The position numbers and the translations under genes are program-made. From Octopus vulgaris (taxonomy: Eukaryota): 64,000 nucleotides of DNA. Location of the stretch: positions 57,970,001 through 58,034,000 of the forward strand of contig OX597832.1 in NCBI GenBank assembly GCA_951406725.2, in the 5' to 3' direction. A model generated the notes under the pieces. The model saw nothing but the letters and a program-made list of their open reading frames with translations, was not told the DNA's origin and searched no databases. Shown here piece by piece: positions 54,105 through 64,000 of this stretch (its first letter is position 1; every line of letters starts with the position of its first letter).

Positions 54105-54251
54105 CCAGTACTCAGCTGGTATTAATTTTATCGATCCACAAACGATGTACGGCAAAGTCGAACTCGAAGGAATATGAAATCAGGACATAAAGACGGACGA
54201 AATGCTACCAATCATTTCGTCCGGCATGCTAATGATTCTACCAGCTCGCCA
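54105..54251 (-). mobile_element. SINE family B fragment
   Basis: cagctggtattaattttatcgatcc...gattctaccagctcgcc. Confidence 0.72.
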
Positions 54252-54271
54252 CAGTAACTACTAGTAATACC

Positions 54272-54330
<59 letters not shown>

Positions 54331-54520
54331 AGCGAGCTGGTATGAATGATAGTGCGTCGGAGAAAAAGTTTAACTGTATTTCTTCCGGTTCTTCGGCTTC
54401 TGAATTCATATTCCGCCGAGGTCAGCTATGCCTTCTATCCAAGAGTACCAGTTGAGCACTGGAGGTCGATGTAACCGACTTCCTCCCCTCTTCCAAAATT
54501 CCAGGCCTTTTGCCTATTAT
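54331..54520 (+). mobile_element. SINE family B
   Basis: gcgagctggtatgaatgatag...ttccgccgaggtc...aaaattccaggccttttgcc. Confidence 0.72.
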
Positions 54521-54523
54521 TAT

Positions 54524-54713
<190 letters not shown>

Positions 54714-54921
54714 AAGGCGGCAAGCTGGCAGAATGGTTAGCACGCCGGGCGAGGTGTTTATTTCGTCTGCCGCTACGTTCTGAGTTCAAATTCCGAAGTC
54801 GACTTTGCTTTCATCTTTTCGGGATCGATAAATCAAGTACCAGTAAAACACCAGGGTTGACTTAATCGATTAGTCCCATTCCCCAAATTTCAGGCCTTGT
54901 GCCTATAATAGATAGGATTAT
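54714..54921 (+). mobile_element. SINE family B, monomer
   Basis: aaggcggcaagctggcagaatggttag...caggccttgtgcctataatagataggatta. Confidence 0.85.
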
Positions 54922-56279
54922 TGCTATTAATACTACTTAGTTAATAATTACAGTTATTACTAATTAGTTAATATTATTTAGTTCAATCTTTTCAATGTGG
55001 TAATGAAAGACCATTGGATGGAAAGAGCTTTGTGTTTAAGTTCGCTTCGCAGTCAAGTGGTTCTTGATGCAATCCAACTCTGAAGCACCGATGGGCAAAT
55101 GGTTCCTACCATAAGTAGGGATTGCAGGAGTTAAGATGAATTAACGGTCGCATCGCAGAAGCCATTTGGGTCGGAATGAACTTGGTATTTATTTATTTTT
55201 GTGGATGTCGGACTTAACTCAACGTTTGGAGTTTTATCATCAAATGGCAATGGATTTGCTTTTAGCAAAGTCTACTTTGTTGTAAGAATTTGGATTATTC
55301 TACCAAAGTGTAGATAAGCTGGGAGTAAGGTTTTCTTCATCTCCGCAAGTATTGGAAGCTCTGAAAAACCGTCGGCAGGAGACGCCATTTTTTTCTGACT
55401 GAGGTATGATAAAAATAAGAAATAAACGATAATAGTTCACTTCTCGAGGAAATGATGCGTCAAATTTTAGTTTCAATCGCAGGTTTAGATCTTACAAAGA
55501 CTTATTGCCTTCCATCATGATCCCAATAAGTAACAGTAACACGTACGTTGTTGTTTCCATCGACTATATTCACATCTCATTTTCTTTTTAAACTAAAAAC
55601 GGAAATCGGGGTTCTACCACGAATGGAAATTAAAGGTTTTGTTCTTGCTTAATGAAAACCATTTCGACTTATGTCCCGAATGCTCTTGAAGGCAAAAAGT
55701 GCAAGCACGAACATCATATAATCCTCATTCTCATTTCCGATAAATCTGACGTTATTTAAGCGGATTAAAAATATATTGACCTTTTTTCATATCGTTTTTA
55801 TGCATAATCTTTGCATGTGTATGAATAGGTTATATATAATAGATATATCTCTCTCTATATATCTATATATATATCTGTTATTTTGTATTGGTCGTGGCTA
55901 TCATGATTGTTAGTAGATTTGATAAGAATGGGTATGTCCACGCGCACATACACACACATATATGTATCCAAGTTTATTGCCGCAAAAGGGTCACTTCCAA
56001 AGAGAAACTCTCAGCTGTGACGAAGTGCATCTAACTTCAAACAAATATATGTATATATTTGTATATATATGCTCTACAATATGTATTGAGTATTCTTCCA
56101 GCCGTATGTTAAATATTCGTACAATAATAAATAAGAAATTCATGCATATATGTGAGAACGGATGAAACGCATATATATGTACGTGTGTGTGTACGTGCGG
56201 ACGGATGATGTTCGAACTATATATATATGTTGTGTGTGTGTGTTTGTGTGTGTTGGTCTGTCTGTTTTTGTGTGAAGTT

Positions 56280-56400
56280 GCCGAGAGTAGAAGTTGGACC
56301 GCAGTGCCTGATGACGTCAGCGATTCGCCGGCCGCCACCGACGAACTGCTAATGTTGTCCGACGTGTTGCATGAAACGATTTATATATAAACATTTATAG
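56280..56400. promoter_or_regulatory. Candidate Pol II promoter: CpG-enriched patch with a full CRE and TATA-like element
   Basis: TGACGTCA at 56312-56319; TTTATATATAAA at 56380-56391 is TATA-like on either strand; many CpGs outside any repeat. Confidence 0.4.
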
Positions 56401-58223
56401 CAAGCCAAAGAGAAAAATGGAAGCTTTGTGAGATGGTGGGCATTCTGCAATGATGGGTAGTAAGAGCTGAAGGTCACGACAGCCATGTAACGATTACAGC
56501 GACAGAGGTGGAGGTAGTGGTGGTGACAGTGATATGGACGGCGTTACGTCTCTTGTTGTTGATGATGATTGTGATGGGAGTAATAATGATAATGGTGGTG
56601 TTGGTGGTGGCGACCAAAATAAAGAATGACGTTGAACTGTTCTCTCTCTCTCTCTTGTCAGTTTAGAGAGGCCACGCCCCTTCTGAGTGTTATGTCACCT
56701 GCCACCACCACTACTGTTGCCACAGTTACCATAGTCACTGTTGCTTCCTGGGATACTTTTCTACAATTTCGAAGAAGTGAGAGTAGGAGGTAAAGGCGGA
56801 GGTGGAGTAGGTGATAATATTCGTGGTAGCAGTGGTGGTGTGAGTTGGATGTATAAACAACGTAAGAGGTGAGAGAAGAGGAGACAATGAATAGAGAGGA
56901 AATAGCGTGAGAGTGAGGGAGGAAAGAGAGACAAAGTGTAATGGGAGACAGTGAACAGAGAGTGAAAGTGGAAAGAGTGGGTAGGAGGAAGGACAAGGGT
57001 GTTGGTGGGAATAGAACGAGATGTTGTGTAAGGAGGGGGGAGAAAATGTAACAGTGAAATGAGGTGGTGGTAGTGGTGGTGGGACAAGAGGAGATGTTGA
57101 AAGCCTGAGGGGGTGGGGAAGAACAGAATTTGTGAGAGAGGTGAGTGGTTGATACTCAGAGAGGAAGAGGTGCAAAGAAAAGAATGAGAGAGAGAGAGGG
57201 TGGTGGGTCGGTTAAATGAAAAAAAAAAATAAGTAGCCGTGGAATTCTGGGAAGTTCCAATAACAGAGAGGAGAGATAGTGAAAGAGAAAGTAATAAGAA
57301 AAATGAGCGGGAAAGAGAAAGTCGAAAGGCATAGGAAGGGGAGAGAGAGAGAGAGGGAGAGAGAGAAAGAGAGTGTATTGAGTGATAGAGATGTACAAAA
57401 AAGCATGCATGTATATACTTCTATATATGTATATATATATATATATATGCATATATATATGTACACGTGTAAACATACACACACACACACACATATATAT
57501 ATAAACACATTCATATATATATATAAACATGTATATACAAATTCATATATATATATATATATATATATGAATGTACATATATATGTGTGTGTTTTAATAT
57601 ATATATATATAAATACACACACACACATATATATATATACACATTAATATATAAACATATATAAATACACATATTCTCACATAAATGAATTGAATATATA
57701 TATATATATATATGAATATATTTTCATATGCACGTATATTTATCTATGTATGCACACACACGTATATATATATGCACATATGAATATGTATGCATACAGT
57801 ATGTGCATGTATATACATATATATATATATATATATATGTTGACAGAGAGAAGTGCAGAGAGGGAGAGGGAGAGAAAGAGAGCGAAGGATATACAGTAGG
57901 AAGAGTCAGAGGTGAAGAAGTACATGGTGGGAGGTGAAGGTTGTGGGGTGAATGGGGGTTGGTATTTTTCCGTCGTTCATCCAATCAGTGAAATCACTAG
58001 GAGGATAGGTGGGAGGTAGTGACATTACAGACGGCAGTAGAGAGAGAACTAGAGAAACAGAGAGAGGGTTGTTAGGGATAGGGGAGAGGGAGGGGTCAAA
58101 GGTGCAACAGGAGTTGGAGGAGGAACAGAGGGGGTTGTGGAGTGAGAGAGAGCGAGAAAGGGGGCAGGGTTGGTGAAGTCATCAGTGTAAATAGAAAGGG
58201 AGGGGACGGAGTGTATGTATGTA

Positions 58224-58265
<42 letters not shown>

Positions 58266-58326
58266 CATGATACAGAAGGTCAAAGAGGTGAAGGGGTGTG
58301 TAGGGAAAACGTGAGTAGATGTATGC

Positions 58327-58369
<43 letters not shown>

Positions 58370-58570
58370 GGAATGTATGTACGTGCACAAATAGGATCTA
58401 TTGCATACCCAGTATTGCGTGCTCTCTTCTGTATATATTTACAATATTACATGTTACAGCTGTGCGTGTTTCTTTGTTAGTGAGTGTGTATATATATATA
58501 TATATATATACTCATCTTAGATATATCTGTGTGCATACGCGTATAAATACATACACACATATACCCGTGT

Positions 58571-58615
<45 letters not shown>

Positions 58616-58996
58616 TATATATATATACATGTATATATATATGCATGTGTAAATGATATACATATGCGTATATATAATACAGAAATATACATCATGTTAT
58701 ATATATGCTATATATTACATGCTACATGTAATATATATAACATATATATATATATATACACACATATACACGCACACATATGTATGGACACAGAGACATA
58801 TATTTTACCATATGTAATATATATATATATGTTTGCTTGTATATGTGTACATGTATATACATATATGGAGGGAGGGAGAGAGAGAAAGGGGGAGGGAAGA
58901 GGGAAAGTGGGGTATAGAGGTGAAATTAGGGATTACTTCAACAAGTATGAGGAATTCTGATGGGGAGCGAGGAGACGTGGGTTGGACGATCGGGCG

Positions 58997-59004
58997 TGAC
59001 GTCA
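58997..59004. promoter_or_regulatory. Full CRE palindrome (CREB/ATF site)
   Basis: gcgTGACGTCAtcagtg in a locally CpG-rich patch. Confidence 0.35.
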
Positions 59005-59239
59005 TCAGTGTACATATCGACAATGGTAGGAATGGTGGTGGTGGTGGTCGTGGCTTGTTCGTCCTCTTGTGTAACCATGACTGAGAAGCCCATAATAAAA
59101 CTTATTCCATCCATGACCGTCCTGAATGGTGTTCCAGTGTATCTAGGAGTAGTATAATCCAATGTGCGATTGTTTGAATTGAGGGAGTTATGGCTGCTAT
59201 TTCAAGTGTACTCGTTGAGTCTCCGTCAACATTGATCGT

Positions 59240-59918
59240 GTGGTGGTGGTGGTGAAGTGTGTGATAATGGTGGTGATGATGATTGTGGTGGTGGTGGTGG
59301 TGGTGGTGGTGCAGATGGTGGTGGTGGTGGTGATGGTGGTGGTGGTGGTGATGATGGTGGTGGTAGTGGTGATGATGGTGGTGGTGGTGGTGATGATGGT
59401 GGTGGTGGTGGTGGCGATGACAGTGATGATGATGATGATGGTGAAGATGGTGGTGGTGGCGATGAAGGTGGTTGTAGTGATCATGATGATGATGATGGTG
59501 GTGATGGTGCTGCTGTGGTTATGGTGATGACAATATTGATGATGATGTGTATGACAAAGAGGGGGTAAGACGGAGGAAGAAACTATAAGGAGGAGGAGGA
59601 GGAGGAAAGGGGATGGGAGGCAGAAGATGAAGAAAAGGAAACGCTAATTTCCACATAGTAGTAGTAACAGTAGTAGATCCGGTGAAAACAGTGTTGGTGG
59701 CAGTGGTGGTGGGAATGGTGGTGGTGAGCGTTGTAGTAGTAGTAGTAATAGTAGTAGGTGAACTGACGTTGGTGGTAGTGGTTGAGGTGGTAGTGGAATT
59801 GTCGACTGAGTTGGTAGTGAAGAAAGTGGCAAAGGCGGTGGGTGCAGCACTAGTAGGGGTGGTAGCAGTAGTAGTAGTAGTGGTGGTGGTGGTAGTAGTA
59901 GTAGTAGTAGTGGTGGTG

Positions 59919-59984
<66 letters not shown>

Positions 59985-60190
59985 ATGGTGGTGGTAGTAG
60001 TAGTAGTAGTAGTGATGGTGGTGGTGGTAGTAGTAGTGGTAGTAGTGGTGGTGGTGGTGGTGATAGAAATAATGATAATGATGGTTGTCGTTACAATAGT
60101 GTTTGCGCTCCTCATCAAGATAATGGACGGTACAGTGTGCGGCTGCTGCTGCTGCTGCCACTGCTGCTACCACGGCTGCTGCTGCTGTTG
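59240..60190. repeat. Degenerate (GGT)n/(AGT)n/(GAT)n/(GCT)n trinucleotide domain
   Basis: Direct reading. Confidence 0.92.
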
Positions 60191-60489
60191 TTGTTAGTAC
60201 TGTCATTGGCGATGATTGTTATCTATTGTGATGAAAAATATTTGGAAAACTGACCTATTTTGATCTTTCCTTTCTTTCCTTTTCCCCTCCGCCTTCTTTC
60301 TTCCCTACGCCCCCCCCCCCCGCCCCACCTCCTTTCACCCTCCTTCTATATTTGGTCATCCAAGAGATTTACTAGAATTTACTGGCATTCAGCCTTGGAG
60401 CTAACATTTCTACATTTCTCGCTGCCACTGTGAATTTCTGTGGAAATATTTGCACTGTTGTTTTAAACTATTGCGTCATAAACTGCACA

Positions 60490-60907
60490 TCTATCTATCT
60501 ATCTGTCTATCTATCCATCTATCTATCTACCCATCCACTTGTCTATGTTTATCTATCTATCTATCTATCTACTTGTCTATGTCTATATCTCTATCTCTAT
60601 CTCCTTGTCTATGTCTATCTCTATATCTATCTATCTACTTGTCTATGTCTATCTCTCTATATCTATCTATCTATCCATCCATCGACTTGTCTATGTCTAT
60701 CTCTATCTACTTGTCTATGTCTATCTCTATCTACTTGTCTATGTCTATCTCTATCTACTTGTCTATGTCTATCTCTATCTACTTGTCTATGTCTATCTCT
60801 ATCTACTTGTCTATGTCTATCTCTATCTCTATCTATCTATCTATCAATCTATGTCTATCTCTCTATCTCTATCTATCTATCTATTCATCCATTTGTCTAT
60901 GTCTCCT

Positions 60908-60950
<43 letters not shown>

Positions 60951-61020
60951 CTATCCACTTGTCTATGTCTCTCTATCTACCTATCTATCTTTCAATCTAC
61001 TATCTGTCTACTTAGCTATC
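60490..61020. repeat. (TCTA)n with embedded 24-bp unit acttgtctatgtctatctctatct
   Basis: About 6 exact units at 60685-60825. Confidence 0.92.
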
Positions 61021-61091
61021 TATCTACATGTGTATATTCATTTATGTATATAAATATGCATGTATACAAATATATATTATTTATATGTATA

Positions 61092-61128
<37 letters not shown>

Positions 61129-61164
61129 GTATATTTAAGTTTGGGTGTATATGAATACATGTAA

Positions 61165-61440
61165 GGCTTATTGGTTAGGGTGTCGTACCCAATAATCGCG
61201 ACATCGTGGTTTCAATTCCTAGATAGTGAGTTGTGTTCTTGAGCAAAACACTTCATCTCACGTCGCTCTGCGATCACTTCGCCACCTGACGCTTGCTACA
61301 CCGTACACCTATTCAGGCGACGTCGATTTGATGGAGAGAGAGAGAGAGAGAAAGAAACGTGTTCACTATAAACAAATCATTTGTGCAGGTCGTTCGACAA
61401 ATGCTGACCTCTGATACGTGGTCCTCGTCGGGAGAGTCCT
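61165..61440 (+). mobile_element. tRNA/CORE-like SINE, same type as 3255-3545
   Basis: ggcttattggttagggtg...ggtttcaattcc...ttgtgttcttgagcaaaacacttcat. Confidence 0.7.
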
Positions 61441-61587
61441 TCGTGCATGCACACACATATTTTATACACAAACACATATACACTAATGTTTGATTTTATG
61501 TCGATTTAAAATAAAAAACGACTTTGCAATAAACTGGATGATTACTCACTACAGTGCGAGACTTCGAAGTCACTATTCATATAACAG

Positions 61588-61639
<52 letters not shown>

Positions 61640-61640
<1 letters not shown>

Positions 61641-61812
61641 TCGCTAGCCTCTATATCTTTTTCTATTTTCTCACCCTGTTTATTTCTGTGTTCCTTTCTG
61701 TCGAAGAGCATAGGCTCGAAACGTAAAAGACTTGCTCACTTCCCGAGCGTTAAACTAATACATCTGTTTGTTGTTTACACACCTATCTTCGTCTAGTCTT
61801 TTTTTAAAATAA

Positions 61813-61822
<10 letters not shown>
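61640..61822 (+). mobile_element. Hammerhead-bearing short element, family D, inside (TA)n (motif at 61694-61729)
   Basis: cttt-CTGTCGA-A-GAGC atag GCTC-GAAAC-GTA-aaag with (TA)n on both sides; a degenerate second copy lies at about 61930-61972. Confidence 0.72.
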
Positions 61823-61864
<42 letters not shown>

Positions 61865-63529
61865 CGCTATGTTGGACCACTGAACTCAATACGTTTTCTT
61901 GTTTTTCATTCTCTCTCTATCTCCTCTTATTTCTTTCTATCGAAGAGCGTAGGCTTGGAACATAAAAGAACTGTTTGTATATTTCTGTACATTTAATCAT
62001 ATTACTGACAAACACATGGCCTGCAAATTAGTCTAGTTATTAATGTGAAGTTATGGTTTGGGTTTGTGATTGATTTGAATAGCGAGTGTTAAAAGGTCTT
62101 TTCGTGAAATAATGTCAGAACAATCTTGTTTATTTCCCTGTCCGAAGAGAATAACAAGAAGCATTTGTATCTATTCAAATTTTTTTTTTACAGTGGAAGT
62201 TTAAAAGTTGTGCTTTAACTACACAACGCATATTAGAAATCAATGTCACATAAATGTGTGTCTGAGTTTATGCACATGTGTGTGTATGTATGTGAGTGTG
62301 TGTGTTGTATGCATATGTATGCATGTGCTATTATACACACACACATGTACATACACCCAGACATATTTATTTTACATTGATAGTGTAGGGAAGAGTTTAA
62401 TCCGTTTATTTTAAGTATTTTTTTCTTTAGATTTCCCATAACACTCTTCCATGTTTAGTGTAGATGAATTCCATCAGCATTTCCAGATTTTCACGGTCTT
62501 ATCTTCTGAATGAAGTGCATGTTATTGGCGCTTAATTTTATTGCCGTATTTTTGCAATAGGTTGCAAAGAACATGAGTATGCTGTTATTACTGATAATGT
62601 ATTAATTTCTGGACCTAAAATCAAAGTAGTTATCACCTAAGTAATTTCAGCGGTCATTAGCGGTTCTTAGCTTAATATTAGCACACTATGCCGTGTAGTT
62701 TATTTTATATTATGCAATTAATATAGCTGCTATCTGAAATTTTATGAGATTCTACTTAGAGTGGTATATTATCAACTATGCATTTTTTTTATCGAGTTTT
62801 CGTTCTTGTTTTCTATATCAATTCGCTATAATGACTTCATGTTGTAATTGCATGGGCAATCGATGAGAAGTTGTCGTACATGTATGACCAACGTAATATT
62901 GTGAGTAATGCAGTTAAGTAAACGGATGTTGATTTAATGAATATTAAATGTATCGATATCAAATATGGAAAAGTTAAGTAAAGGTTAAAATAAATATATT
63001 GACAATATTAACCTTTTGACTGTCCAAAACATTTTCATAAGCTTGCTATAAACGTCCCCATGCTTGTCTTCGATTTTATTTAGCCTTTGTTTAATACGTT
63101 CCAAGTTACTATGGTGGTTGAAAAATATTAGAAATCTGTATTATATATGTTGTCTGGACGCCAAGGAAATATGTCCTGTGTATCAGATGTGATACACGAG
63201 ACGAGCAAAAGATTAAAAGCATTAAATGCTAAACAAGTGATTGTTATTGCAGCAACTTTTAAATTGGTGATCGTTCGATAAATAAATGAAAAATTAAAAA
63301 TGCCGAATGGAGGAGTGGTTAGTTTAGGGATATATATTGTTGTGTTGTTTGTTTGTCCATTTTTACATATTATAGAATGTATAGGGTTAAGTTATAATTT
63401 TTTAGGACAGTTTTGTTTTTGGTTGGTGTATTTTTTATTTTAACATGGATTGGAAGTTACCCATATGAGATAATTGGTCGAATTTTTAGGGTTTTATACT
63501 TGTTTTTTAATTCGGCCTATTTAAGATAT

Positions 63530-63965
63530 TAAACATATAATTATTAAATATGTGAATGCTAAATAGTCGAATGTTAAACATTTGAATGCTAAATAAATGA
63601 ATGCTAAGTACAGAAATGTTAAAAACAGGAATAGTAAGTATGCAAATTATAAATGCGTGCACGTCAAATATGTGAATGTTTAATATGAGAATGCTAGATA
63701 CGAGTGTGTTCAATATACCTATATTAATTATTCTAATTAATAACTGAACGTTAACTAATAGATTTGAATATGTGAATGTTAAGCTAGTGAATGCTAAGAA
63801 ATATGAATCTATTTGAGAATGCTAAATCTAAGTATGGGAATGCTAAATACGGGAAGCTTAAGTACGTGTATTGTTAAATATGGGATTGTTAAGTGTGTGA
63901 ATGTTAGGTGTTTCAAAGTTAAATATTGCTGCTAAATAGATGAATATTAAATGTGAATATTAAAC
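63530..63965. repeat. Degenerate 15-bp tandem repeat (consensus ~aaatatgtgaatgyt)
   Basis: Units such as aaatatgtgaatgct, aaatagtcgaatgtt, aaacatttgaatgct and aaataaatgaatgct keep the 15-bp phase. Confidence 0.8.
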
Positions 63966-64000
63966 TGCGTCAACATGAACCTTCTTGCGACAACGTAGCC

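Noticed and set aside
59519-60118. 199-aa Thr-rich mucin-like ORF on the minus strand
   Set aside because: It derives from degenerate ACC/ACT repeats, alternative frames are also open, and there is no splice or domain support.

Overview
Very AT-rich eukaryotic genomic DNA, saturated with microsatellites and minisatellites. The SINE families and the density of simple repeats suggest an octopus or other coleoid cephalopod; this is recognition, not a database result. I cannot confidently call any protein-coding gene: nearly all ORFs in the track are translations of (TA)n, (CA)n, (TACA)n or (GGT)n repeats or of SINEs. Supported content: about 19 copies of a tRNA-derived SINE with an internal microsatellite (family A); about 10 copies of a Meta-domain-like SINE (family B, two of them dimeric); several other tRNA/CORE-like SINEs; a CR1/L2-like LINE 3' fragment whose tail resembles the SINE tail; two head-to-tail non-autonomous Helitrons; a mariner-like MITE; and a 100-N gap flanked by a ~4.5 kb near-duplicate that is probably an assembly artefact. 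The most interesting signal is a set of short non-coding units, mostly next to (TA)n tracts, carrying type I hammerhead ribozyme motifs (CUGANGA-stem II-GAAAC..GUH). They fall into several families, show compensatory stem I changes and core variants, and include one back-to-back inverted pair. This fits Penelope-like element termini or retrozyme-like non-autonomous retroelements. A CpG-enriched CRE/TATA cluster near 56.3 kb may be a promoter.
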